Assembly: GCA_937902735.1 (NCBI GenBank)
Contig: CALELS010000013.1
Coordinates: forward strand, 134,523 to 198,522
Direction: 5' to 3'
From: an uncultured Bacillales bacterium
GTDB taxonomy: Bacteria; Bacillota_I; Bacilli_A; RFN20; CAG-826
DNA length: 64,000 nt
This document shows, one piece after another, positions 1 to 9,722 of the stretch (the first letter of the stretch is position 1; each line of letters starts with the position of its first letter). Position numbers and translations under genes: made by a program. A model generated the notes under the pieces. The model made no database searches. It had not been told where the DNA came from and saw only the letters and a program-made list of their open reading frames with translations.

Positions 1-1179
1 TTGATGGTCTTTGTCCATCTTATAATAACCATTAAATACGTTATAACCTTTGATTAAGATTTCTCCTGATTCATGAGAAGATATTATCTTTTTCGTGTTT
101 GGATCCATAATAGCAACTTCAATATCTTCCATTAAAGTTCCTACAGTAGTTTTTTGTTTTTCTTTAGGTGAATCTGGATAGACAAGTGAAATCATTGGAG
201 AACATTCAGTTTGTCCATATCCATTCATAAATATTGCTTTAGAAAACCTTCTTTCTAGGAAGGCGAATTCTTTTTCACTAGTAAAGCCTCCACCAACAAT
301 ACAATGTTCTACAAATCTACCTCGATGTAGCCAAAAGAATGGAGCTCTTGCGAGTTTATCATAGATTATTGAGACAGAAGCATAGTCACCACATTTGTTT
401 TTAAGGAATTCTTTATATAACTGTTTGGCATTCAATAAATCATTTAAATATACACATCTTTGATACGCCATATAGGCATTAATAACAAGTAGACCAAAAC
501 AATGGAATACTGGAAGTAGGCACATGAATTTATCTGGGAATACAGGATCTAATTTATAGAAGTTATGGTAAATGATATTCATCAAAGAATATTGACTTAA
601 CATAGCTGCTTTAGGTTTAGCGGTTGTTCCTGTAGTAAAGATGATATATGAAGTTCTTTTACTTTCTTCTTCCCTAGAATAAGTAGAAACTACTTCTTTA
701 ATATCTTTATTATCATTTAATATTTCTTTAAAAGATAAATCGGAATTAGAGATAGATAATGTATTTTCTTTATCTATACCTACTTCTCTTAGAAGAATAG
801 TTAATTCTCTTTTATCTTTTTGTTTTGCTAAATATTCTCCATATACAAGATATTTACAGTCTGTAAAGTTAATAGCGTCCTTAATAGAATCATGTCTAGC
901 CATATAATTAAGTAAGACTGCCACTGCACCTATCTTACATATTGCAAAGAAAGACACTACCCAGTTATATGAATTCATTGAAAGAAGCGCTACATGATCA
1001 TCTTTCTTAATTCCTTTTTCTTTTAAGATTGATGCAAGATAGTTAACACTTTTATCTAATTCATCAAAACTAAATATATCACCTTTGTAATATATAGCGG
1101 GTTTATCTTTCTTATCACTATCTAAGCGATATATATCTTCGAAGATATAATTACCTATTTTTCTTTGAGCTTCATGCAT
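1..1179 (-). CDS. AMP-dependent acyl-CoA synthetase/ligase (C-terminal end runs off window start)
   Basis: Minus-strand ORF in frame down to position 1. ATG at 1179-1177 is preceded by AAAGGAG. It carries the AMP-binding signature IIFTTGTTAKPKA. Absent from the ORF track because it is truncated. Confidence 0.8.
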   Translation of the reverse strand, partial: MHEAQRKIGNYIFEDIYRLDSDKKDKPAIYYKGDIFSFDELDKSVNYLASILKEKGIKKDDHVALLSMNSYNWVVSFFAICKIGAVAVLLNYMARHDSIKDAINFTDCKYLVYGEYLAKQKDKRELTILLREVGIDKENTLSISNSDLSFKEILNDNKDIKEVVSTYSREEESKRTSYIIFTTGTTAKPKAAMLSQYSLMNIIYHNFYKLDPVFPDKFMCLLPVFHCFGLLVINAYMAYQRCVYLNDLLNAKQLYKEFLKNKCGDYASVSIIYDKLARAPFFWLHRGRFVEHCIVGGGFTSEKEFAFLERRFSKAIFMNGYGQTECSPMISLVYPDSPKEKQKTTVGTLMEDIEVAIMDPNTKKIISSHESGEILIKGYNVFNGYYKMDKDHQ

Positions 1180-1527
1180 TAGCTTGCTCCTTTTTAATCT
1201 TTCTATTTTTAATAGCCTTAACAATTAAATCAATAATGATATATAGGACTACTAAGAAGATAATGGTTATTATGACATATAAAAATGGTTGGAAATCCAC
1301 AAGCACTACATTATTTTGGAAAATAACCCTATGAATAAATGTTAAACAAATTGGATGGAGTAAATAAGTAAGCGAAGAATGAGCGCCATACCACCATTGA
1401 GGAGGGTTGTGGATAAATAACTAATTCTTTAAGGAATCAAATAGGCACTTTTTCAGCCTGCATTTTTTCCTCTTTGCTTAAGCAAAATTGATTTCGATAA
1501 AATCCCTTATTATAAGAAATGCACAAG

Positions 1528-1570
1528 AGTATTACGGTTTGGTAATAGAGCGGCTCGAAAAATATAAAGC
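1528..1570 (+). promoter_or_regulatory. Promoter-like element TTGGTA-N18-TATAAA; copy 1 of a duplicated ~43-bp leader (second copy at 12799..12842)
   Basis: AGTATTACGGTTTGGTAATAGAGCGGCTCGAAAAATATAAAGC is near-identical to 12799..12842. It lies ~55 nt upstream of the 1624 start. Confidence 0.45.
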
Positions 1571-1623
1571 AGCTTTTATTAATTGAAAGTGAATTATTAT
1601 TCATAGTCCATTAAAATAGATAT

Positions 1624-2463
1624 ATGGCTGAAGACAGAAACCTATTTGGAATGCTTGATGACATTTCGGCTGGCCAAGCTGAGATTTTAAGTGAGATCAC
1701 TGGTGTAAAAACCCATGTTAGTGATACGGATTCTAAAATTGCTGAATTGGAGCAAGAGATTCAAAAGCTTAAAAATAAACCAGTTGCCGAACCAAGACCT
1801 GCAGTAAACGCTCCTCAAAGAAGTGAAAAAGAAATACTACAGACGTTTTTAAAGCAAGCAAAAAAGAGCTGGATGTGGTTTGGTAATAGTGCAGAATTCA
1901 AGAAGTGGAAGATACTCGCTATTATATCCTTATTAATTTTATTAATAGCAGGACTTGCGACAACCATTGTTTCATCTATTTGTTTTAAGCTTTATAGCAC
2001 GTTCACATTGTTTGAAAATGCTTGGATGATATTTGGCATCATCTACTTAGTTTATGCGGCTAAAACGCAGCGTATTTATGAAGTTAATGCGCTTGCTGCT
2101 AATTCATCGACTAAATATGAAAAAGACAATCTGGGAATGATGTTTGCTAGAAAAGAGAAGGTTGTTTTTAGAATTTTCAAATGGCTTGCCATCATTTCTG
2201 TTGTTTGCAACATCATCGCTATATGGGCGGGCATGGGCAAAACAAACCAAGTGTTCGCTACCATAATGGAAGTTCTCTTCTTAGGGGCTATTATATTTGC
2301 TTATTTCATGAATCTTAATTTGTTTGCTCAATATTCAATCATTTATGTCGAAGGACACAACTTAACCACGAAAGAAAGAGTAGTGCTTGTCCTTCCACCA
2401 GGAGCAAAGAGTTTAATGCCTGAAGAAGATTTTAAAAAGAAGATGCCGTTCTTCTACGAATAG
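1624..2463 (+). CDS. Membrane protein: N-terminal coiled coil, 4 predicted TM helices, conserved acidic/KKKMPFFYE tail; paralogous to the C-terminal two-thirds of 13973..15236
   Basis: ORF-track protein with hydrophobic segments LAIISLLILLIAGLATTIV, MIFGIIYLVYAA, LAIISVVCNIIAIWAG and VLFLGAIIFAYFM. It aligns with the 427-aa ORF from RIAALEAW... through KKKMPFLYDKY. Confidence 0.7.
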   Translation: MAEDRNLFGMLDDISAGQAEILSEITGVKTHVSDTDSKIAELEQEIQKLKNKPVAEPRPAVNAPQRSEKEILQTFLKQAKKSWMWFGNSAEFKKWKILAIISLLILLIAGLATTIVSSICFKLYSTFTLFENAWMIFGIIYLVYAAKTQRIYEVNALAANSSTKYEKDNLGMMFARKEKVVFRIFKWLAIISVVCNIIAIWAGMGKTNQVFATIMEVLFLGAIIFAYFMNLNLFAQYSIIYVEGHNLTTKERVVLVLPPGAKSLMPEEDFKKKMPFFYE

Positions 2464-2472
2464 GAGTTGCAT

Positions 2473-3621
2473 ATGTATTTATCTCATTTAAGAATAAAGA
2501 ATCACCCAATTCTCAAAGATTTTGAGTTAGATTTAGTAAATCCAAAAACAGGAAAGCCGTATGCGGTTGTTGCTTTTGTTGGCGAAAATGGTTGTGGCAA
2601 GACAACTCTTTTAAACGAAATCTTTGATTATGAAAATTCCAAATATTTTGTAGATAAAGAGAAAGAGCACCCATTCTCGATCGCTCCATATTGCTCTTTG
2701 TTTTTAAGGCAAAGCAGTCTTGCTAGAAATGCCATGAAAGAAATTGGCAAATTGATTGATGGAAAAGATAGGTATGCTGTTAATAGCCAAAGCGCAGCCA
2801 TTCAAGGAATGAAAACAACCAATCCCTTAGAAGACAAACAGCAAGGACTCAAATTACTAGAAATACTTGATGATGTTGAAATATATAAGCTCTTCAAAGA
2901 AGGAGTGATTAGTGAAGTGGCTTGCGGATCTGAAATATCAAAGTTAATCGATGGTAAAGAACGCGGCTATGACATATCTAATTATTCTTCTGGACAGCAA
3001 GAGATATTACTTAAATTAAAGGACCTGAATGAATTCTATGCAAATACCGACAGTGTGCTTTTGGATGAGCCTGAAACATCACTACATCCAAGATGGCAAT
3101 TGGAAATCGTTAACTTAATTAGATTGCTCTTAACTGATATTAATGGAGACACGCCTCAAATATTCTTAGCTACTCACTCAGAAAAAGTGCTTCAGTCTTT
3201 AATTGGTAAAGAAGATGCTTTGATTGTTAGACTTTTTAAGGAAAAAGGAACCATTAAGAACGAAACTATTAGTCAAATGCAGCTCTTGCTTAGAAAACCA
3301 ACCTTTGCTGAATTAGACTATGTCATTTTCAAAATAGATTCGTATGAATACTGTAATGAATTGTTTGATCTTCTAGAGTGGAGATATGGCGTTAGTGGCG
3401 ATAGGGGCGTTGATAGGAAAATACAAAAGAGCGAATTCTATAATGATGAAAAGCACCATAAAGAGTGGCTTAATGATAAGTTTAATGAAGTTACTTGCTA
3501 CACATTGCCTGTTTATGTTCGAAATTATTTTCACCACCCAAAAGATAAGATTGAGCCCACACCTGAAGAACTGCACGAAGCAATAGAACTACTTCGTAAT
3601 GTCGTTTTAAATTTAGAGTAA
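2473..3621 (+). CDS. ABC/SMC-type P-loop ATPase (AAA_21/AAA_15-like, OLD-N-terminal-like), no nuclease domain
   Basis: Walker A GENGCGKTT, ABC-signature-like YSSGQQE, Walker B VLLDEPETSLH and H-loop LATHS. An AGGAG RBS sits 6 nt before the ATG at 2473. The track's 2467 start is TTG. It begins 10 nt after the membrane-protein stop. Confidence 0.75.
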   Translation: MYLSHLRIKNHPILKDFELDLVNPKTGKPYAVVAFVGENGCGKTTLLNEIFDYENSKYFVDKEKEHPFSIAPYCSLFLRQSSLARNAMKEIGKLIDGKDRYAVNSQSAAIQGMKTTNPLEDKQQGLKLLEILDDVEIYKLFKEGVISEVACGSEISKLIDGKERGYDISNYSSGQQEILLKLKDLNEFYANTDSVLLDEPETSLHPRWQLEIVNLIRLLLTDINGDTPQIFLATHSEKVLQSLIGKEDALIVRLFKEKGTIKNETISQMQLLLRKPTFAELDYVIFKIDSYEYCNELFDLLEWRYGVSGDRGVDRKIQKSEFYNDEKHHKEWLNDKFNEVTCYTLPVYVRNYFHHPKDKIEPTPEELHEAIELLRNVVLNLE

Positions 3622-3698
3622 AAGTGAAATAATATAGTAGACAAAGTTAATCGTCGCTTTCTTCTGTAATCTGCAGTACGAGGAGGAGGTCGCGAATA

Positions 3699-3920
3699 AT
3701 GATTAGCATTTGTCACATCTCTTCCGAAGACTTTTTGGAAGACGTCAAGATTCAGATTAAGAAACAATTCAAGAATCAAGATAACTTTGCAGAAATTATC
3801 TATCTTTCTAGAAAGCAACTTAATCGAATTCTCAATAACGCCGATGACTTAACTGTTCACTGGATTAAAGAATTCTGTGAGAAGCTTGGCTTGGACTTAA
3901 GAAACTACATCTTTGAGTAG
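3699..3920 (+). CDS. Small HTH-like protein (possible regulator)
   Basis: Strong RBS GAGGAGGAGG. LSRKQLNRILNN...LTVHWIKEFCEKLGLDL resembles a helix-turn-helix. Confidence 0.35.
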   Translation: MISICHISSEDFLEDVKIQIKKQFKNQDNFAEIIYLSRKQLNRILNNADDLTVHWIKEFCEKLGLDLRNYIFE

Positions 3921-4030
3921 ATGATAGGGACTTAGGTCCTTTTTCTTTGTCCGTTTTTTTGGGACAAAACAAAGAGTGTGTTTACTTGTGTTCTATAGTA
4001 GTGGTGTCGAAAGGCAAAGGAGAAAAACCT

Positions 4031-4312
4031 ATGGACAGAAAAACACAAGAAATATTCTTCAAAAATTCCGTTGATATGGATGTGATAGGAAAACTTGCTA
4101 GCACAATGGTTGACGGTGTTGATGAAGCAGGAAATCCAAAAAGAATCAAAATCGAAATTAGAAACACTGATGAATTTGATACAAATCTATCTATCGAAGA
4201 AGTTGTCGACAAGATAGACAAAGAGTATGCCAAAGAAGAAATGTTTAAATTAGATCTTCTCAGAGCATGGAAACAAAATAATCACTATGTGATTGTGGGA
4301 GTTAAATTATGA
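4031..4312 (+). CDS. Hypothetical protein (start moved to the internal ATG that has an AAAGGAG RBS)
   Basis: AAAGGAGAAAAACCT-ATG context; no recognisable motif. Confidence 0.4.
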   Translation: MDRKTQEIFFKNSVDMDVIGKLASTMVDGVDEAGNPKRIKIEIRNTDEFDTNLSIEEVVDKIDKEYAKEEMFKLDLLRAWKQNNHYVIVGVKL

Positions 4313-4491
4313 GCGAAAGTTTCATGCAGGTTGCTACGGTATTAGGAATTATTAACACCGTAATAAGCACAATCGCTTGTCCAATCATTGCTGGTTATAA
4401 AAATAGAAGCGTTGTTGGTTGGATATTCGGCGGATTGTTCCTTGGACTCATTGGCCTAATAATTGTTGCCTGCCTTCCACGAAAAGATTAA
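4309..4491 (+). CDS. Small (60 aa) two-TM membrane protein; paralog at 21812..21991
   Basis: ATGA overlap with the upstream stop. About 80% identical to the 59-aa ORF at 21812 (TVLGIINTVIS.IACPIIAGYKNRSV.GW.FGGLFLGLIGLIIVACLPRKD). Confidence 0.5.
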   Translation: MSESFMQVATVLGIINTVISTIACPIIAGYKNRSVVGWIFGGLFLGLIGLIIVACLPRKD

Positions 4492-4754
4492 CCACTAGAG
4501 CCGCATTGTAAATCATATTCATGCCTCCTTTCTAGAATTTACAACTCATAGTTCTTTTACACCCGGCATTCCACTCTAATAGCGGCGTTAGGGTGGGTGC
4601 CAAGCCTTAATTAACGAGATACATCATTATGATGTGATATAATATCGGTAGATTAATAATTTACTCGAAGTGATCAGACACGTTATTTGTCTCGGTAACG
4701 TATCTATCAGCCAAATGGTTATTAAATTATTAGTCACCAGAAAGGGACTCTTTT

Positions 4755-5819
4755 ATGTATAAAAAGACATTCGTGCCACTTCTAATAGCACTAGCCTCAA
4801 TTGGAGTTATTACAGGTTGCTCCAATAAGGGTGAAACTCAAGAAACAATATCTGTAACCGATATGGTCGGTACAACCATAACCATAAACAAGAACCCTAA
4901 AAAGGTAGCTTGTATCTCTAGAACAACATATGACTTGTTAGTAGCGTATGGTCTTGGAGATAAGATTGATGGAGCCTACAAAGGCACACTCAATAATAGT
5001 TGGGTGCCACTCATCTATCCTCAAAGTCAAAATCACTATGTATATGAATACAACAATAGTAGTGAGCTCTTCCTATCAAGAGGAGTAGATTTAGTGTTCG
5101 CTCCTGAAAAGTACATGGCCGATGATTTAAATGCACACGGTATCCCTGCTTTATGCGTTTCCTTATATGGAAATCCAACGTTTGACAATTACGTCACCTT
5201 CCTTTCTCAACTTGTTACTAAGATTTGGGATGGCGATGATATCAAAGCCAAAGCAGCAGCTTGGGAAAACAAAGTCACAACTGCGATTAGTGATGTTACA
5301 ACCGAATTAGTCAAGCATGATGTCTCAAAGAAAAAGATCTTCTATGTTCGTGGCGATAAAGATAAAGGTGTTTGCTATACAGATACTAAATCTTCATTCA
5401 CAGAATATGCCTATAGATCAATGGGCTTTGACTTTGTTGGTGCTTCATTAAACACAACGAACCCTTCTACTGAAGAAGTAGTAGCACAAAACCCAGACGT
5501 CTTTGTTTGCGGTGGTCAATATCAAAACAAGAACATCAATATTCTCAAGACCGAAGAGCCATACACAAATTTAGATGCAGTTAAGAATAACAAAGTCTAT
5601 AACATTCCAATTGGTTTCACTGCATTTGAGCAATTATCCGCTATGACTCCAATATTCTTCTATGACCAAGCAAATAAGATTTATCCAGAGTATTTCTCAT
5701 ATGACATCTCTTCTATGGTTAAAACAAGCGTTAAAGAGTATTTCGGGACAGATTTAACTGATACACAAGTTGGCTATATGCTAAACGGACTTAATCCACA
5801 AGGCGGCTCGTTGTACTAA
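4755..5819 (+). CDS. ABC transporter substrate-binding lipoprotein (Fe-siderophore/B12 periplasmic-binding-protein type)
   Basis: Lipobox LIALASIGVITGCSN. Position fits an operon with a FecCD permease and an ATPase. Confidence 0.75.
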   Translation: MYKKTFVPLLIALASIGVITGCSNKGETQETISVTDMVGTTITINKNPKKVACISRTTYDLLVAYGLGDKIDGAYKGTLNNSWVPLIYPQSQNHYVYEYNNSSELFLSRGVDLVFAPEKYMADDLNAHGIPALCVSLYGNPTFDNYVTFLSQLVTKIWDGDDIKAKAAAWENKVTTAISDVTTELVKHDVSKKKIFYVRGDKDKGVCYTDTKSSFTEYAYRSMGFDFVGASLNTTNPSTEEVVAQNPDVFVCGGQYQNKNINILKTEEPYTNLDAVKNNKVYNIPIGFTAFEQLSAMTPIFFYDQANKIYPEYFSYDISSMVKTSVKEYFGTDLTDTQVGYMLNGLNPQGGSLY

Positions 5820-6844
5820 TGAATGAAAAAGCATTAAAAAGAAGAACTTTAATATCATTCATCGTTTCAATAGCAGTATTTGTAGTAGTCTTCGCCCTAG
5901 CTTTGATGCTAGGAAGATACAGAATCAAGATTGATGAGTTCTTTAAAGCTGTGTTCACGGATGGCTCTGCTTTGAATACGCAAAGAAGTATTATCGTCAA
6001 TCTTCGATTCCCAAGAACCATAATGGCGGCATTTGTTGGTATTGGCTTGTCTTTGTCTGGCTTGCTTTATCAAGAAACATTTAGAAATAAGCTTGTATCA
6101 CCTGATTTATTAGGTGTAAGTACTGGCGCATCAGTTGGTGCAGCCTTAGCCATTGTTCTTGGACTATCATCTGCCTTCATTAGTGTATTTGCATTCTTAA
6201 TGGGCTTATTAACTGTGTTTGTTACAGTGATGATATCTAAGCTATTTAGAAACGGTTCATCAACCATATTGCTGTTATCAGGCATTATCGTTGGCGGTTT
6301 CATGTCTGCGATATTATCGATGATTAAGTACTTCTCGGACGATGTCACAACATTAGCCAGCATTACTTATTGGCTTATGGGTTCATTTGAGAGTGCAGAT
6401 ATGAGTAGAGACTACATCCTAATGGGAGTGGTGGTTGTCTGTGTTGTTGTTTTGCTTCTCATTTCTCATCCAATTAACTTGGTTAATCAAGGAAAGGCTG
6501 AAGCTCAAACAAAAGGCATTAACTACAACTTCTATCGTGGTTTGATCATTGTCTTATCAACAGTTCTTACTGCTATATCGGTATGTTTCTGTGGAACCAT
6601 ATCTTGGATTGGTTTGGTCATTCCACATATAGTTAGATTGCTTGCTGGAAGAGATGCGAAAAGGACCATTCCTCTATGCATAACTTTTGGCGGAACATTC
6701 ATGATTGCGGTTGATGTTTTGTCTAGATCTTTCACTGATTCAGAGATTCCTTTAAGTGCTGTGACAGGACTTTTAGGAACAGTTATATTCGTAGTTATTT
6801 TGATTATTAAAAGGAGGAAGTTAAATGAACATAAAGACATCTAA
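5819..6844 (+). CDS. FecCD-family ABC permease (iron-siderophore/cobalamin type)
   Basis: Polytopic membrane protein typical of the FecCD/BtuC family. ATGA-type overlap with the upstream gene. Confidence 0.85.
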   Translation: MNEKALKRRTLISFIVSIAVFVVVFALALMLGRYRIKIDEFFKAVFTDGSALNTQRSIIVNLRFPRTIMAAFVGIGLSLSGLLYQETFRNKLVSPDLLGVSTGASVGAALAIVLGLSSAFISVFAFLMGLLTVFVTVMISKLFRNGSSTILLLSGIIVGGFMSAILSMIKYFSDDVTTLASITYWLMGSFESADMSRDYILMGVVVVCVVVLLLISHPINLVNQGKAEAQTKGINYNFYRGLIIVLSTVLTAISVCFCGTISWIGLVIPHIVRLLAGRDAKRTIPLCITFGGTFMIAVDVLSRSFTDSEIPLSAVTGLLGTVIFVVILIIKRRKLNEHKDI

Positions 6845-7598
6845 TTTATCCTTTAAATACGATAAAAAAGCAGCAAAACCCGTATTAAATTCAATAAATC
6901 TCGAGATTAAAGAGGGAACTGTCAATGTTTTACTTGGCTTAAACGGCTGTGGCAAAACCACCCTTATTAAACTCCTTGCTGGCCTTGAAAAACCAACAGA
7001 AGGAGCCATCTATTATGATGATCAAGATTTACAAACCATACACATTAAAGAGAGAGCCAAGAAGTTCTCATATGTTCCTCAGCAAGCCAATGTAACAAGC
7101 GATGTTCCAGTTAGACAATATTTATCTTATGGAACTACAAACACGCTCGCGTTTTATGAACATCCTGGTAAAGAAGAAATGAAGTTGGTGGAAGACTCTG
7201 CAGAGAAACTTCACATCACTCATTTACTTGATAAGAATCTTGGCGAGATAAGTGGTGGTGAACTTCAAACAGTACTAATTGCGTGTTCATTAATTCAAAA
7301 CACACCAATTATGCTTTTGGATGAACCAACATCTGCTCTTGATATGAAGAACCAAAATTTAGTTTTATCCATCCTCAAAGACATTGCTAAAGAGCAAAAT
7401 AAAACAATTGTTCTTTCATCACATAATCCAAACCATGCATTGTTCTTAGATGCCAACGTTGTGCTCATACACGATGGTGTGGTGCGTGAAGAAGGAACCG
7501 CAAAAAAATTAATTAAAGTTGAAAAGCTCGTTCCAATCTATGGAGACCATGTATGCGTTTCTAAAGATTTAGGGTACGAAGAAATATCATTTAAATAG
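6825..7598 (+). CDS. ABC transporter ATP-binding protein
   Basis: Walker A GLNGCGKTT, signature LSGGELQ, Walker B LLDEPTSALD. Confidence 0.9.
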   Translation: MNIKTSNLSFKYDKKAAKPVLNSINLEIKEGTVNVLLGLNGCGKTTLIKLLAGLEKPTEGAIYYDDQDLQTIHIKERAKKFSYVPQQANVTSDVPVRQYLSYGTTNTLAFYEHPGKEEMKLVEDSAEKLHITHLLDKNLGEISGGELQTVLIACSLIQNTPIMLLDEPTSALDMKNQNLVLSILKDIAKEQNKTIVLSSHNPNHALFLDANVVLIHDGVVREEGTAKKLIKVEKLVPIYGDHVCVSKDLGYEEISFK

Positions 7599-7696
7599 AT
7601 ATAGCTACCTTTTTTGGGACAAAACAGTGCTTACTCCATTTTTCGTTATACATTGTTGACGTCGATAAGAACTCGACAGAAAGTGAGATAACCGAA

Positions 7697-8344
7697 ATGG
7701 AAAATCAAAAATTTAAGAAAAACGCCAACAACATCATGTGGGTAGAGTACTGGATTAGAAAGGCCCACCCTTCATTTGAAGAATATGAACTGTATGCTGA
7801 GAGATACGATGATTGCAGATGGATCTGCGAAATCGAATTACCTCTAATCAACAAAACAGTTAAATCTATTTCCGAAAAAGAAGTAAACGCAATGCTAAGT
7901 GCTTCAGAAAAAGCAGCAAAACTCATCAATGAATATATGAAAGAGCATCCAGAGCTCGTAATCAGAAATTCATTTAAAGGAAAACGCTGGGAAATCGTAA
8001 GCGATGAAAACGGCAAATTCCTCTCGATGGGTATGAGCAGTGCCTGGAGACGCGAACAAGGCAAGCAAATGGAAAAGATGACAAGAGATTCACTTGAAGC
8101 CGTTAAGAAAGCAATCAAAAGACTAGCCAAGATTAATGGAACCAGTAAGAATTTATTTATCCAAGTCCTAGATCAATCGCTCTTCGATGAAGACAAATCA
8201 ATCCAAGACATTATGTATGAAGTAAATAACAAAATTGAAAACGATTATCATATGAGCAACATGACAGTCTGTTACGACAAAGATGGAGATAGTGTAATCG
8301 TAGTGGGTTACACCTTCCCGTCTAAGAAAGGAGGTCTCCAATAA
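7697..8344 (+). CDS. Hypothetical protein
   Basis: Long ORF with a GAAAGTGAG RBS-like context; no recognisable motif. Confidence 0.5.
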   Translation: MENQKFKKNANNIMWVEYWIRKAHPSFEEYELYAERYDDCRWICEIELPLINKTVKSISEKEVNAMLSASEKAAKLINEYMKEHPELVIRNSFKGKRWEIVSDENGKFLSMGMSSAWRREQGKQMEKMTRDSLEAVKKAIKRLAKINGTSKNLFIQVLDQSLFDEDKSIQDIMYEVNNKIENDYHMSNMTVCYDKDGDSVIVVGYTFPSKKGGLQ

Positions 8345-9077
8345 TGAAATACTTATTCTTCGATATTGAATGTTCAAATTGTTTCAATGGTGTTGGTAAG
8401 ATGTGCGAGTTTGGATACGTCCTTACTGACGAAAACTTCAACATCATGAAACATGGCGATATACCAATGTCTCCTGGTAAAGGCAGCGACTGCAGGTTCT
8501 ATCTTAAGGGTAGGAAGCATGAAAAAGACCTAGAGCTAGCATATGAGTATGACTATTACTTCAGTCAACCAGAATTCCCATCATTCTATAACCAAATAAA
8601 AAGGATGATGGAAGATCCTGACACTGCATGCTTTGCCTACTCAATGGATAACGATATTCCTCATCTACATCAATGAATGTATGTGTTACCGCATACCATA
8701 AGTCATTCGAGTGTGGTCGTCTAAACGAGTTAGCAGATCTATTTCCAGATTTAAGTGACCATTTAAGGAATATAAGTGACCATGTTGTAGATCTAGAAGA
8801 GCCTTTTTCAAAAGGGATGTTCTATGATGTTGCGATGGGTGGCAGAAGTTCTATTAAAGTGGTGTTACCTGCCTTATATCCAAACGACCCAGAATTGGAT
8901 TACCATTCTCTTCCTCTTGTGCATAATGGTGGAGAGGCCATGGACATTTATCCGAAAATGTTAGAAGCTAATCCTGGTGAAAAAGAAAAGATTAGGCATG
9001 GTCTACTTGTCTACTGTTGCTTAGATACTTTAGCAATGGTAAAGGTGCTTAAAAAGCTCAGAGAATATATCAAATAA
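8344..9077 (+). CDS. DnaQ-like (DEDD) 3'-5' exonuclease-like protein encoded as two overlapping ORFs (8344..8676 and 8673..9077)
   Basis: LFFDIECSN...FGYV matches Exo I (DxE). HGLLVYCCLDTLAM in the second ORF resembles the Exo III region. The ORFs are in different frames and joined at cAATGAatg (ATGA overlap). This is either a frameshift-split gene or a coupled gene pair. Confidence 0.45.
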
Positions 9078-9184
9078 TAAAAACATTAAGGGCAGACGGA
9101 AAACGGCTCTACGGGGCTAAAAAGTCTGTTTTTATTATACTATTTATAGTATAATAATAGTGTAGAAAGAAAGAGGTAAGAAAT

Positions 9185-9709
9185 ATGTACGACTACACAA
9201 TTAGAATTAAAAAAGATAATAGAACCATCTGCGCCATTGGAGCAAATCACTTACAATACGACAATGTTATTTGGTGGCAATTGGCTAAATTAGTAAATAT
9301 AGTATCAGGAGGATTTGCTACAGTAGAACAATTAGCAAAAATGATTGAAGATGGAACTGAGTATTTTCACCAAGCGGCTGAATATGCTGATAGTGATCCA
9401 GTTCTTGATTTAGATAGTGAAACAATTGATATGCCATGGTTTCCGGTTTACAAACAAGAAGAGGTTTGCCCAGAAGAATGCTGTATTAGTTTAAAGATCA
9501 AAGACGGTAAATATTATTCTGTGTATGAAGATGGCGAAGAATACTTGATGAACAATGTTGAATTTGATGACGCTGATTTATTAAAGAAAAGAACCGTTTC
9601 CTTAAAAGAATTTAAGAAAGTATGCGACTTTGTTGATAGAATAATAATGAACGACGAAACAGATTTTGTTTTAAACAAAGAATTAGTTATTAGATTTAAT
9701 AATGCTTAA
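9185..9709 (+). CDS. Hypothetical protein
   Basis: ORF with an AAGAGGTAAG RBS; no motif recognised. Confidence 0.5.
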   Translation: MYDYTIRIKKDNRTICAIGANHLQYDNVIWWQLAKLVNIVSGGFATVEQLAKMIEDGTEYFHQAAEYADSDPVLDLDSETIDMPWFPVYKQEEVCPEECCISLKIKDGKYYSVYEDGEEYLMNNVEFDDADLLKKRTVSLKEFKKVCDFVDRIIMNDETDFVLNKELVIRFNNA

Positions 9710-9722
9710 GTAGGAGAATCTT

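Noticed and set aside
1195-1420. Possible small membrane ORF on the minus strand immediately upstream of the acyl-CoA synthetase start
   Set aside because: Open frame but no ATG/GTG/TTG start with an RBS that I could verify by eye, and it overlaps the predicted synthetase promoter region.
2076-2264. Many short antisense ORFs in the track (e.g. 2076..2264, 3373..3586, 3531..3818, 7705..8130, 11884..12204, 13182..13421, 28320..28687, 34860..35240, 47103..47885, 48934..50033, 61037..62730)
   Set aside because: They lie entirely inside, and antisense or out-of-frame to, long ORFs with strong motif support. They lack an RBS and are biased to Leu/Ser/Phe, typical of AT-rich antisense frames.
4500-4750. 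Possible cobalamin or other riboswitch in the 250-bp leader of the FecCD/BtuF-type ABC importer
   Set aside because: No B12-box (…AGYCMGgAG…GCCACTG) or other recognisable riboswitch core. Only an extended -10 (TGTGATATAAT) was seen. Left as an ordinary promoter/leader.
9094-9134. Intrinsic terminator after the exonuclease-like gene (CAGAC...GTCTG + TTTTT)
   Set aside because: The 5-bp stem encloses a 26-nt loop with no convincing inner pairing. Too weak to call.
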